Source of the DNA: an uncultured Nitrospiraceae bacterium
GTDB taxonomy: Bacteria > Nitrospirota > Thermodesulfovibrionia > Thermodesulfovibrionales > Dissulfurispiraceae
Assembly: GCA_963727805.1 (NCBI GenBank)
Contig: CAVSHF010000005.1
Span: 512,001 to 576,000 of the forward strand
Direction of reading: 5' to 3'
Length of the DNA: 64,000 bases
In this document: positions 41,264 through 51,938 of the stretch, piece after piece
How the letters are laid out: every line of letters begins with the position of its first letter
How positions within the stretch are numbered: position 1 is the first letter of the stretch
Position numbers and translations under genes: made by a program
Notes under the pieces: generated by a model
Told to the model about the DNA's origin: nothing
Database searches by the model: none
The model's input: only the letters and a program-made list of their open reading frames with translations

Positions 41264-42759
41264 TGAACACCTCCAAACTGCGCATAGACAGCCAAATCCG
41301 GAGGTGGCAGCGTCGGCCAGCAGGCCAATGGGGGTATGGGGCTGACGGTGTCACCCGTGTAAGCGAGCACATGATGCACGCCGTCGCTGGTGCTGATGTT
41401 GTTCTCTATGGCCAGTTCCACTGCCGCTTCAATCTCGCCGGCCTCATAATCACGATAGAACATAAGAACGGTGATGAAGTCCTTGATTCCTTTTGTTTCA
41501 CCCTGGGAACGGCAAAAACGCTCCAAAAGAAGGTGCAGGAACTGCGGCCAGCTCTTCCTCCATTGCTGGATTGGCCGTGCACTATTGAATGCCAACGGCC
41601 TCTGTTGGATAAGTTCAAGATAATGGTCAGCCTTCAGAGCCCATTTGTTGTTGCCGTACAAACGCTCATGCGTTGTCAGTTTCTTCGTGCCTGTAAAGAT
41701 CTCCACCCGATCAGCACGGAGCAGCACCTTCACTCTGAACCCAGCATAACGGCTTGGTACCGAATATCGGTTCTTATCCACGATGACCGTGGCATACTTG
41801 TCGGCCCGGCCCACTGATGTCTGCACATTGCTGAATACAGCTTCGGGAAGGGCAAGAAGATGCCCTTTCTCCTCTTCGTATAATTCGTTCACGGTGAGGT
41901 CGCGTCCAGCCATCTTGTGATCGCCGTAAGCGACGCACTGCCGAAGAATCTCCTCGTTCAGCTCTTCCAGGCTAGCTGCCTCCGGTATAGGGACCATGTA
42001 ATTGCGTCGTGCATAACCGACCAGTCCTTCAACGCCGCCTTTCTCATTACCGCTGTCGGGATTGCAAAACCGGGCTTCAAAGCTGTAGTAGGCCTTGAAC
42101 TTGCTGAATCCGGACTGCTCGATGCGATCGCGCCCTCGCAACACCTTCTGTACCGCTGTCGTTAGATTGTCGTAGATTAGGACCGGGAATATACCGTCAT
42201 AGAAGGAAAACGCGTGGATATGCGCATCCAGGAATGCCTGTTGTCTCTCACAAAGATAGAAACGTACGAAGTGTTTGCCGGAATACTTACTGCGCATGCA
42301 GAAAAACTTCAGCCGGAGTTCTTCCCCTGCAATGATCGCCGTCGCAGTGCCCCAGTCAACTTCCGCTTCCTGCCCTGCCTCTGGATTGCATGGGATAAAG
42401 ACGCGCGGTGTTTCGATCCCCAAAATCACCCTGGCAAGTCTCACATAGCGGCGAACAGTGGACTCTCCTCCTTTATAGTCACGCTCATCCACTAACCTAT
42501 TGTATATCCGGTGCGCCGTATGCCGCTGCTTCTTCGGTTTGTCTTTGTCGCTCTTAAGCCAGTTATCGATAGCCACCATGTAATCGCCAAGGGCAGGAAA
42601 CGGCTGATGGCTCCTTTCCTTGTACCCCCACGGCTCTCCGCGTATGGCTTTTTTGATCGTGTTCCGAGAATGGCCCGTTAATCTTGATAACTCACTGATG
42701 TTCTGTCCGTACACCCGATGACCCGTCCTGACCAATTCATACTGATCCATCTTGAGCAC
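41260..42759 (-). CDS. istA: IS21 transposase
   Basis: EAEVDWG, YDNL, EKGGVE and NRYSVP motifs. Confidence 0.96.
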   Translation of the reverse strand: MLKMDQYELVRTGHRVYGQNISELSRLTGHSRNTIKKAIRGEPWGYKERSHQPFPALGDYMVAIDNWLKSDKDKPKKQRHTAHRIYNRLVDERDYKGGESTVRRYVRLARVILGIETPRVFIPCNPEAGQEAEVDWGTATAIIAGEELRLKFFCMRSKYSGKHFVRFYLCERQQAFLDAHIHAFSFYDGIFPVLIYDNLTTAVQKVLRGRDRIEQSGFSKFKAYYSFEARFCNPDSGNEKGGVEGLVGYARRNYMVPIPEAASLEELNEEILRQCVAYGDHKMAGRDLTVNELYEEEKGHLLALPEAVFSNVQTSVGRADKYATVIVDKNRYSVPSRYAGFRVKVLLRADRVEIFTGTKKLTTHERLYGNNKWALKADHYLELIQQRPLAFNSARPIQQWRKSWPQFLHLLLERFCRSQGETKGIKDFITVLMFYRDYEAGEIEAAVELAIENNISTSDGVHHVLAYTGDTVSPIPPLACWPTLPPPDLAVYAQFGGVQ

Positions 42760-43504
42760 TCCTTCCTCCTCAGCATAAAAATGGGGCAACTTGGAAACTA
42801 TGCCCCACTTCATCATGAGGAGATATGCTTGGGATGATCAATTTTCGGTTATCAAAACCCCGCTTTGCTGGTCAATTTTAGGTTATCAAAACCAGTCGTT
42901 CTCAAAGGAGGAGGACATGATTGCGGGAGAGGGACTGCAACACAAATGTTTACTACTGTTTAGCTGCTAATTAGTTACCGACTCTATTTTTTAGTTACCA
43001 TCTATATTTTTCATGATCAATTATTGATTTGGACCAAAAATCTGTGACAGTGCTCTATATTTTATTTTCAATGAGTTATAAGTGATCGTACTGTTATACT
43101 TGTGCACGATATTTTGTCCATTCGAATACTGAAAGCATAGAGAAAATAACAAAAAAGTGCAACAGTACTACATCCTCCAAACACCGCACGATAAGCCCGC
43201 AATCGAAATCATTTTTTCAGCAAGACACATTCAGACTTTGCCACACATGCTTCGGCGGCTTTTATGGACTTAATGACTCGATTTCACCAAGAAAGCAATA
43301 CCTCGGCCATCCCAAGAGAAACGATGACTTCCGAAAATAACCATGCATCCAGAAATTTCGATACGCACGCTCGGTTGCTCACAGAAAGCATCTCGGGATG
43401 GCATAATGAATATAATGAAGTGTATGAGCAGTAAGCATCAGGGACGATTCTGAGGAACTTCGCTGCTCCGGTTGAGGATTCAGATGTTGAGATTGCAGCT
43501 CAAC

Positions 43505-44116
43505 CTATTCCTTAACATCATACCCCGGATACAGTTTTTTAGCGCAGTCTGGACATATCCCGTGAGATAGATACACGTCGTGCCGAGTAGCAAGGTATTC
43601 TTCTACGCTCTCCCAGTAGTTATCGTCGTTTCTGATCTTTTTACAGCTGCAGCATATCGGCATCATATCTCTGAGTTGAACTATCTCGCTGATGTCTTCG
43701 AGAAAGAGCACAGCAAGTGATTTGTCGTTATGTTTGAAAGGCGCAGCACTCACCATTAGATGAATTTCAGTCACACTGTCGCTATTATCAAGCTCCATTT
43801 TGGTCACTGCACGGATGGTCTTCCCTCCGTGAATAGCACCTGTGACAGAGTTTCTCACAACACACTCCGTACAAGCAGACGAATGACCACAGCCCTCCGC
43901 TGTCTCTGTAGATGAGATGCAATGCAGTGCTTCTCCACCACGCTTCATATAGACGGACTTCTTATCTTCGCCAAGGACTTTGGATGCTGCCGCATTATAA
44001 AAAAGAATTCGTACATCCTCATCTACAACCATGCAAATTGTAGGCATGCTATCAAAGAGGTCTCGCAGGAACTCGTTCCCTTCAATCACCGTGTCTTTTA
44101 TATCCATCTCCAACAA
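43505..44116 (-). CDS. PAS domain protein with CxxC...CxxC domain
   Basis: PAS-like region with GCGHSSACTEC; CCSCKKIRNDDNYW...SHGICPDC. Confidence 0.8.
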   Translation of the reverse strand: MLEMDIKDTVIEGNEFLRDLFDSMPTICMVVDEDVRILFYNAAASKVLGEDKKSVYMKRGGEALHCISSTETAEGCGHSSACTECVVRNSVTGAIHGGKTIRAVTKMELDNSDSVTEIHLMVSAAPFKHNDKSLAVLFLEDISEIVQLRDMMPICCSCKKIRNDDNYWESVEEYLATRHDVYLSHGICPDCAKKLYPGYDVKE

Positions 44117-44459
44117 TCTCCATAATCGCTGCGTTATGTTCCATGAACTACGTCCTTATCTAACACTTTCCTTACTTTTCTAAACAGATATAGCCTTAAC
44201 ACCAATGCAAGATTGTGTAACCATTCAATCATAATCCTATTGTATACTCCGCTCTTTATTTTCGCAAAAAAAAGAGCCTGCTCTATGAACAGCCGGAGAG
44301 GGGCACGCACGGCATTGATTACTTTGTAGCCATTTGAGCAACAGGTCCTCACATTCATGGTGATGGAACCCGATACTCTAGAGACCTTTATCTGCAGTTG
44401 AGGTGCACCCTTTTATGGTATAAAAAAGGCATTCCTTGTAATTCTGATGAGGCTTCTTC

Positions 44460-45068
44460 TCAACAATTCGGACGCTCTGTGCATGGCTTATCTCCAGGTC
44501 CCGGCAATTCCGCTTTCTTCCCACCTGCTGATTCTCCTTCAATAAGAGATTCGACGTCAGGATACGGGTATATGGTAACGGCTCCGTTTTCAGGTAAACA
44601 TCCCGAATCGATCGATGGCCCGTATACACTATAGACTTTTCTCCCTAACAACCTAAGCAAAACTCCCTGCTCTGCCCGATGATGCGCAGTGTGTGTTATC
44701 CTTCTCAGCATAATCCAAGCCCTCGTTCTTATAACATCAAAAAAAGACACTTCAGTCTCCCACCATGCCTTATCTTTCTTTTTAAGAGCGGCGAGCCTCT
44801 TTCCACTATCTTCAGCATACCTTTTCATAAACTCAATGCGTATTTCCTGATTAGGCAAGGGAGGCGCTCCAACATCAATACCGAACATATTACAAAACCA
44901 CTTGTTTTCACTCAAACACTGATGCACCATATGTTCTAGGGCATTTCTGTCTCTTTCATCCAATGGATGAGGGCGAATTGAAAGATCGTCATCCATGAAT
45001 GTGCTCCAAACACTGAGAGTTTTTAGTCGTTCTGTCTCATAAGTGTCTATAAGAAAATCATATTCCAT
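44460..45068 (-). CDS. DinB family protein
   Basis: EHMVH and HTAHHR motifs. Confidence 0.85.
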   Translation of the reverse strand: MEYDFLIDTYETERLKTLSVWSTFMDDDLSIRPHPLDERDRNALEHMVHQCLSENKWFCNMFGIDVGAPPLPNQEIRIEFMKRYAEDSGKRLAALKKKDKAWWETEVSFFDVIRTRAWIMLRRITHTAHHRAEQGVLLRLLGRKVYSVYGPSIDSGCLPENGAVTIYPYPDVESLIEGESAGGKKAELPGPGDKPCTERPNC

Positions 45069-45375
45069 TTCTCCTCCTTCACTTAACTTGAGTTACTGTT
45101 CACAAGCATCCCGAAGAGAATAACTTTTGTTCCTAATGGCAGATAAAGTCTATAGATCTTATCTTCAGCCATTTCCCCTCGATATTTTAGCTGCCAAACA
45201 TTCTTTTCCAAGCCTATTTTTACAATCCTACCGCCTGACTCTGACAGAGTCAAGCGGTATTTGCACAAAATCGCCCTGAGCATTTCCAGTCTTACACACC
45301 AGCGTATTCAGGATACCCTCGACCGATGACAATAAGTAGCAGTTACTACTAGCAGTGACAACTAGCAGTTACTAT

Positions 45376-46819
45376 TGTTACGGCAATATGATAATGTCCT
45401 CTTATAGCAAGATAGAAATGTCCTCATAAAGATGCTATCATGCCCTTTTTTATAAGGGGGCGAGATGGCAGGAGAGGACAGAGTATTAATGAGCGCGAAA
45501 GAGGTCAAGCGACTGCACGTACTAGAGAAGTATAACGAGGGATTGATAGGGCAAACCGAGGGAGCGGAGATATTAGGGGTTAGTGTGCGGCATTTCAGGA
45601 GGTTGCAGAAGAGAGTCCTGGTAGAAGGAGCAATGGGAGTAGTTAATAGGCACAGAGGGAAGCCTTCCAATCGTGCCATCCAGATGCAAACACGTCAAAG
45701 GGCACTGGAAGCCTATCGAAGTAAGTATTATGACTTTGGTCCGACATTGGCAGCAGAGAAGCTGTTGGAATACGAGAGCATAAAGGTAAGCAAAGAGACT
45801 TTTCGGAAATGGCTTATAGATGCCGGGTTATGGCAGAAACCAAAGAAGAAAGCGAAACATCGACGATATCGGCAGCGCAAGAGCTGTTTTGGCATGATGG
45901 TGCAGGTAGACGGCTCGGAGCATGCCTGGTTTGAAGATCGTGGACCCAGGGGTGTCCTGATGGCTTATATTGATGATGCTACGAATCATATCTATGGAAG
46001 GTTTTACAAATACGAAGGTACAATCCCAGCCATGGACAGCTTCATGAGATATGCCCGCAAGTATGGTCTTCCCGGCAGCATCTATCTGGACAGGCATCAA
46101 ACATACAAATCAAACGGGAAGCAAGAGGATGTCTATGATGAGAATGGAAACGCTATAGATGCTTTAAGCCAGTTTGCGCGGGCGATGAAGGAACTGGAAG
46201 TGAGAGTAATCTATGCATACAGTCCCCAGGCTAAAGGAAGAGTGGAGCGTTTGTTTGGGATACTGCAGGACAGGCTGGTTAAGGAGTTGCGGCTTAAAGG
46301 GATCAGCAGCATAGAAGAGGCAAACAGTTACTTGCCCGAATACTTCAAAAGACACAATGCACAGTTTGCTGTAGTGGCGGAACAAGCATAGGATATGCAC
46401 CGGCCTGCGCCAGTGGCTTCAGCATTGCGTGAGATCCTCTGCATAAAGACAGAACGAACGGTGAGAAACGACAATACCATATCGCACGATTCTAAGCTTT
46501 ATCAGATAGACGCAACTTTACATGGCAAGAAGGTGATGATTGAAGAGAGTATAGATGGCAAGATGCTGATAAGACATAACAATGACATCTTTAATTTCAG
46601 TGAAATAACAAAGAGGCCGGAAAAGAAACGAAAAGCAGTTCGCCCATATCGGCAAAGAAAGGCAATTCCGATGCCAATTGACCATCCGTTCAGAAAGACA
46701 AAGGACCTAATGTTTAAGAAGGATCAACTGAGAAAAGAGAGAAAACAACAAGTGCCATGGGCACTTCTATAAAACCGGACACCCATTTAGAGGGCACCCA
46801 TTTCTACTTTGCCTTGACA
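45376..46819 (+). mobile_element. ISNCY/IS1202-like insertion sequence with 17-bp target duplication
   Basis: Ends TGTTACGGCAA and TTGCCTTGACA; CAACTAGCAGTTACTAT at 45359-45375 and 46820-46836. Confidence 0.92.
45465..46772 (+). pseudogene. ISNCY transposase with one in-frame TAG (46389-46391)
   Basis: DFGPTLAAEKL, QVDGSEH, IDDAT and PQAKGRVER motifs; the frame continues after the stop. Confidence 0.88.
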
Positions 46820-46902
46820 CAACTAGCAGTTACTATTTGCTATGATGCTAAAAGTGTGCTATAGTTGCAAAAAGATGAAAAAGGAATTTCATATATTAAT
46901 CG

Positions 46903-47208
46903 TTGAATGCATCAATGAAAATGAATGATATGCTCTTTAATATTTTATTGGCTATAGCAGCATTGTGTTGGATTGCATGTATTCTTGTGTATTTATCAAT
47001 ACAACTCCATTATTCTGCTCGGAGAGAAGGATTCGCTGGTAGATTATTCTTATCATCTTTAAAGTTAGACTATTCATCTGTTACTAAAGAAATGACGCCC
47101 AGGGATAGGAAATTATATCTACTGACTTTTATTGGAACATGGGTCCTTTTGTTGCCGGGGGGCTATTTTATTGGTTCCATCTTGCACTGGTATTTAAACA
47201 AACATTGA
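46903..47208 (+). CDS. Small 2-TM hypothetical protein
   Basis: AT-rich ORF with two hydrophobic helices. Start may be 46915 or 46921. Confidence 0.6.
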   Translation: MNASMKMNDMLFNILLAIAALCWIACILVYLSIQLHYSARREGFAGRLFLSSLKLDYSSVTKEMTPRDRKLYLLTFIGTWVLLLPGGYFIGSILHWYLNKH

Positions 47209-47404
47209 CGAAACGTCTCGCAGGATGACATAAAACTGCCCACGGCCTACCCGTAAGCTTGAGCGTGTAGGAGGGTTAACAATTACCGATAGAAATAAAG
47301 CGTCTTCACTAAGGCTGGCGCTATCGAGTAGAAAGCTCCAGGTTGAAATAGAGCTTTGCGGCTACAGATGAACGTTGTCCCTAAAATACTAGTGAGCCTA
47401 CACT

Positions 47405-49420
47405 TCATTTATCTAGAATCGCTCGCACCTCTTGCAAAAGCTGTCTTAGTGAAATGGGCTTTGAGAGTGAACGTAATCCTTTTTCAAGCAATCCTTGTTT
47501 TTGAAGTGTTTCCGCTGTGTAACCGCTTGTGAATATGGCTTTGATCCTGGGTCTCATGCTCCGTATCTCCATGTATGCCTCTTTCCCATTTTTCTTTGGC
47601 ATTATTACATCTGCAATAAGAAGATCTATTTTATTACTGTGTTCACTAAATTTATTTATTGCATCCTGCCCATCATCTGCCACTATCACCGTGTATCCAA
47701 ATTGCTCAAGGACGGCTTGTGTGACCGCTCTCACTTCAGCATTATCTTCCGCCAACAGTATCGTCTCCGACCCACCTTTTAATGATATTTGTTCTTTTGT
47801 TTCTGCTTCCTCAGCTCTTAGTTGTATTGCTGGCAGATAAATCCTGAATATAGTGCCTTCCCCTAGTTCGCTGTACACATTGATAAATCCCTTGTGCTGC
47901 TTGATGATCCCATAGGCCATTGCGAGCCCAAGCCCGGTCCCTTTGCCAACATCCTTTGTCGTAAAGAATGGTTCAAATATCCTTACCCTTGTCTTTTCAT
48001 CCATCCCAATCCCTGTATCTGTCACTGATAATAAGGCAAACTTGCCTATCTCTCCGTATCCATGGATCTTTATGAATTCTGTGTCTAGCTCCGTTAGCTT
48101 CGTGCTCAGAGTCAATATGCCGCCACTTGGCATCGCATCTCTTGCATTGGTGGCAAGATTAACCAATACCTGCTCGATCTGACCCCTATCCACAAATGAA
48201 ACAATGCTCTCTTCTGTGAGCATTGTTATTAGCTCTATGTGCTCTCCTATGAGTCGCATCAACAGTTTGGTTGTCGTCTGAACTATATCATTGATGTCTG
48301 TAGGCTTCTGATCCATTGCCTGTTTCCTACTAAAAGCAAGCAAACTGCGAGTAAGATTAGCTGCCCTGCCTGACACTGCGACAATCTGGGAAGCATAGTC
48401 CCTTGTCATATCCTCTTTTGTCCGCATTTGCACGAGGCTGGAATACCCCATTATCGCACTCAATATGTTGTTGAAGTCGTGTGCCACTCCCCCCGCAAGT
48501 TGCCCGACCGCCTCCATTTTCTGGGCCTGGATAAGTTGTTGTTCCAGTGTCTTGCGTTCCGTTAGATCATGAAAAATGACTATATTTTTGTCTTTTATTG
48601 ACGCCATCCTAAACTCAATATCGCGCACATCCCCATTCTTACAAGTGACTCTCCATTCCCGAGATTCTGTCTCTTTTCCGTCTCTTCTGGCTTTGCTCGC
48701 CGCCATTCTCCAGCTATTAATTACCTTTGCTCTATATTCTTCATTAGGGTATGCAAGAGGCCACCAGTCATCTACTGAGGGAATTTCTTCTAGAGTGTAT
48801 CCGAAGGTTTCTATGAATTTATTGTTGAAGAATGTTAAGTTGCCTACTTTGTCTGCCACTGCAATGGCAACCGGAATACGCTCTAGTAGCTGTTTAAAGT
48901 TTTCTTCATTTCTCTTCAGTGCTTCCTCGGCAAGCGTACGTTCGGTGATATCCTGCAATGTCTCAATGGCTGCTATTAGGTTTCCCTCACTGTCACATAT
49001 GGCAGCAGCGTCAAAAAGAATGTATCTATCCTTCTTGTTTAAATTCGGGTACCATCCCTCCGCATGCAAGGAATTGGGGTTTAGCGTGGACTTAGCATAT
49101 ACCGAGTATAAATCAGAGAGTCTATTAACATCTCCATCAATAATAACATCGGCAAGACATGGCCGTTTATAAGGATAAAAAGCTTTCCAGTGATTATCTG
49201 TTCCTATCATTTTAGAAGCTGGAATACCTGTGAGTTCTTGGCAAGCCGTGTTCCAAGTCAAGACTGTGTGTCGGTGGTCCAGCACAAAGGTTGCGACCGC
49301 AGAATTCTCTATCAACTTCTCTGCGAAGCCCCGGTTGGCCATATTGACCAGACTGTCTTGTTGTGAATTCACTTTGCTGATGTCAGCGCCCAGCTTATCT
49401 CTAGTATTGATCAATGCCAT
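47405..49420 (-). CDS. Hybrid histidine kinase (PAS-PAS-HisKA-HATPase-REC)
   Basis: AHDFNN, NARDAM and GTGLGL motifs plus a C-terminal receiver domain. Confidence 0.95.
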   Translation of the reverse strand: MALINTRDKLGADISKVNSQQDSLVNMANRGFAEKLIENSAVATFVLDHRHTVLTWNTACQELTGIPASKMIGTDNHWKAFYPYKRPCLADVIIDGDVNRLSDLYSVYAKSTLNPNSLHAEGWYPNLNKKDRYILFDAAAICDSEGNLIAAIETLQDITERTLAEEALKRNEENFKQLLERIPVAIAVADKVGNLTFFNNKFIETFGYTLEEIPSVDDWWPLAYPNEEYRAKVINSWRMAASKARRDGKETESREWRVTCKNGDVRDIEFRMASIKDKNIVIFHDLTERKTLEQQLIQAQKMEAVGQLAGGVAHDFNNILSAIMGYSSLVQMRTKEDMTRDYASQIVAVSGRAANLTRSLLAFSRKQAMDQKPTDINDIVQTTTKLLMRLIGEHIELITMLTEESIVSFVDRGQIEQVLVNLATNARDAMPSGGILTLSTKLTELDTEFIKIHGYGEIGKFALLSVTDTGIGMDEKTRVRIFEPFFTTKDVGKGTGLGLAMAYGIIKQHKGFINVYSELGEGTIFRIYLPAIQLRAEEAETKEQISLKGGSETILLAEDNAEVRAVTQAVLEQFGYTVIVADDGQDAINKFSEHSNKIDLLIADVIMPKKNGKEAYMEIRSMRPRIKAIFTSGYTAETLQKQGLLEKGLRSLSKPISLRQLLQEVRAILDK

Positions 49421-49874
49421 ATACCTACGTCTTTTCTAAGTGTCGTATCCACCTTATCTTATCGGATTATATGAAGATTTCTTGAATTGATGCTATGATT
49501 GCCAGTGAGGAGTATTATAGGCAACTTTTACCATCTCAAAGTGATGCCGTGAGGTTGTTCGGTGAAGCTGGCGGGATGACGTGCATTTACAAGAGAAACC
49601 TTGCGTGATATTCAATATATCGCGTGTGTTTATTTCCAGAAATAATCTGCAATGCACCCCATCATGCCGCGATAGAGGTTATGAATAGTAGGACTAAACC
49701 GCTGCGCGGTGGATTCGATTAGCAAGGGCCTATCAGTAGTAGTACCATCTTTTTCGAATAGCCACTTTTGCCTGATCACATTTCTTTGTTGAACCATCGA
49801 AGTCTTTTTACAATCTCTCTTTGCTGTGCTGCCGGCATGAGCTGGCAGAAAACAGTTTCAAAGGAGATTGTATT

Positions 49875-50720
49875 ATGAGCGCGTTGAAAGAACGGTTGCT
49901 GCAGGATCTTCAGTTGAAGGGCATTACGCTTGGTGTCCAAAGGAAATATCTCCGGGAAGTCGGTAACCTTGAGAATTATTTCGGCAAGTCTCCTGAAGAA
50001 CTGAGTACAGAGGAAGTGAAGCAGTATCTGGTTCATCTTATGGAAGAAAGGGGTTTAACGAGGGGGACATACAGAACCTATGTGGCCGGGATCAAGTTCC
50101 TTTATAATACGACCCTGAATCGTGCGGATGTAGTCAATAATATTCAATATCCGAAAGCCCAGAAGAAGCTGCCTCTCGTTTTGGATTTGTCCGAAGTCCA
50201 GGCGATTTTCTCAGTCACTGAAAACATCAAGCACAAGGCGCTTCTGATGATCACCTATTCTGCCGGGTTGAGAATAAGTGAAGCTGCGCGACTGAAGGTG
50301 ACAGATATCGACAGCAAGAGTATGCTGGTTTATGTCCGTCTTGGAAAAGGGGCAAAGGACCGTTACTCCATCTTATCGCAGACTGCCCTTGAGTGCTTAA
50401 GACAGTATTGGAGGGAATATCGCCCGGAGGAGTGGTTATTTGAAGGCGAGAAGGACAACACCCATATCACTATAAGCTCCATCTACCAGATATTCCAAAA
50501 ATCCAAGAAACGCGCCGGCATCGCAAAGAATGCTTGCGTGCATACTCTGAGGCATAGTTTTGCGACACACCTTATCGAGGCGGGGACTAGTCTTCATCAT
50601 GTCCAACTGCTTCTTGGGCACAGGTCACCGACGACCACGACCGTTTATCTTCATGTCAGCAAGATGAATCTGGCAAAAGTTGTCAGTCCGCTGGACATAG
50701 CAACTAAAAAATATCTGTAG
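49875..50720 (+). CDS. Tyrosine recombinase/integrase
   Basis: GLRISE, HTLRHSFATH and LLGH...TT.Y motifs. Confidence 0.95.
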   Translation: MSALKERLLQDLQLKGITLGVQRKYLREVGNLENYFGKSPEELSTEEVKQYLVHLMEERGLTRGTYRTYVAGIKFLYNTTLNRADVVNNIQYPKAQKKLPLVLDLSEVQAIFSVTENIKHKALLMITYSAGLRISEAARLKVTDIDSKSMLVYVRLGKGAKDRYSILSQTALECLRQYWREYRPEEWLFEGEKDNTHITISSIYQIFQKSKKRAGIAKNACVHTLRHSFATHLIEAGTSLHHVQLLLGHRSPTTTTVYLHVSKMNLAKVVSPLDIATKKYL

Positions 50721-50741
50721 CACTCTGAGCCGTAAATCCAG

Positions 50742-51938
50742 ATGCGCCAGTCTCGTGGTGTGGAGGTGGCGGATATCTTACGCCGCTACGGCTCCGATTA
50801 TCGGCAGTCTCATTCCTTGCCTCTTCGTCATCTGCGGGCCATGCACGCCGTGGAGATATGCAGGACGGCAGCACTCGGAGGCCATAGGGACAAGTGCGAG
50901 GATTGCGGCCACGTCGAGATATCCTACAACTCCTGCCGGAACAGGCACTGTCCCAAATGCCAGACCCTGAAAAAAGAACAGTGGATTGAGGCCAGACAAC
51001 AGGACCTTTTGCCCATCCAGTACTTCCATGTAGTTTTCACTATCCCGTCGGAACTCAATCCGGTTGTCATAATGAATCAGAAGGTCATGTATGATCTGCT
51101 GTTCCGTTGTGTCTCCGAAACTCTCACCGAACTCTCAAATGACCAGAAGCATCTCGGTGCCCGCATCGGCTTCATCAGCATCCTTCATACCTGGGGGCAG
51201 AATCTGATGGACCATCCCCATATCCACTGTGTCGTCACCGGAGGCGGCCTGTCTTGCGACGGAGACAGTTGGGTATCCTGCCGCAAAGGCTTCTTCATTC
51301 CGGTCAGGGTAATGTCGGCGTTGTTCCGGGGAAAGTTCCTCGATCATCTGAAAAGGATCTTTGAAGCGGGTGATCTTATCTTTCCCGGAGGAATAAGTCA
51401 TCTCGGCGATTCCCATACCTTCGAGATGCTCAGAAGAAAGCTTTATCACAAGAAGTGGGTTGTCTACTGCAAACCGCCCTTCGACGGAGTTGGCGGCGTC
51501 CTGCAATATCTCGGCCGATATACGCACAGGATCGCCATCAGCAACAATCGTATAATCGAGGCCGAAAACGGCAAGGTCTCGTTCAAATGGCGTGATTACG
51601 CAGATGACGATAAGCACAAGGTGATGACTCTGCAGGCCGATGAGTTCATCAGAAGATTCCTTCTGCATGTACTGCCGAATCGATACGTTCGGATAAGGCA
51701 CTTCGGCCTGCTGGCAAACAGGAAACGTAGAGATAACATTGCTGCATGCCGCGAGCTTCTTGACAGTCACAACACCGTAATGAAAGAGCAGGACAAGCCT
51801 GAGACCTGGCAGGAACAGCTGCTAAGGATCTGCGGCATTGACGTCACCACCTGCCCCGTTTGCAAAAAAGGCAAGATGCGCCGAATTGAGATTCTGCCTC
51901 CCCGCCGCTGCAACGATCCTCCGGAGCAATGCCGATGA
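50742..51938 (+). CDS. IS91-family transposase with Zn-binding domain
   Basis: SCRNRHCPKC, HPHIH, YLGRY and RIRHFG motifs. Confidence 0.95.
   Translation: MRQSRGVEVADILRRYGSDYRQSHSLPLRHLRAMHAVEICRTAALGGHRDKCEDCGHVEISYNSCRNRHCPKCQTLKKEQWIEARQQDLLPIQYFHVVFTIPSELNPVVIMNQKVMYDLLFRCVSETLTELSNDQKHLGARIGFISILHTWGQNLMDHPHIHCVVTGGGLSCDGDSWVSCRKGFFIPVRVMSALFRGKFLDHLKRIFEAGDLIFPGGISHLGDSHTFEMLRRKLYHKKWVVYCKPPFDGVGGVLQYLGRYTHRIAISNNRIIEAENGKVSFKWRDYADDDKHKVMTLQADEFIRRFLLHVLPNRYVRIRHFGLLANRKRRDNIAACRELLDSHNTVMKEQDKPETWQEQLLRICGIDVTTCPVCKKGKMRRIEILPPRRCNDPPEQCR

Larger units (their letters stand above)
40132..42892 (-). mobile_element. IS21-family element with istA, istB and a third ORF
   Basis: Inverted ends GTTTCG...AAATTTGACCA and TGGTCAATTTTAGGTTATCAAAAC; CAGTC duplicated at 40127-40131 and 42893-42897. 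Confidence 0.92.
27891..43019. mobile_element. Putative Tn7-like element 1 (no tns genes seen)
   Basis: Ends TGAATTGG... and ...CATGATCA; flanks TTTAT (27886-27890) and ATTAT (43020-43024); both ends homologous to those of element 2. Confidence 0.7.

Noticed and set aside
46389..46391. In-frame TAG in the ISNCY transposase (and two in the 14900-15319 gene) as amber recoding
   Set aside because: Many intact genes here end in TAG, and the lipoprotein remnant also has TGA stops; nonsense mutation is simpler.
49875..50720. Integrase as an integron integrase IntI or as the mobiliser of the 28.8 kb region
   Set aside because: It is short, appears to lack the IntI-specific insertion and is enclosed with the IS91 transposase by its own IRs; 5-bp duplications point to a DDE mechanism for the large elements.
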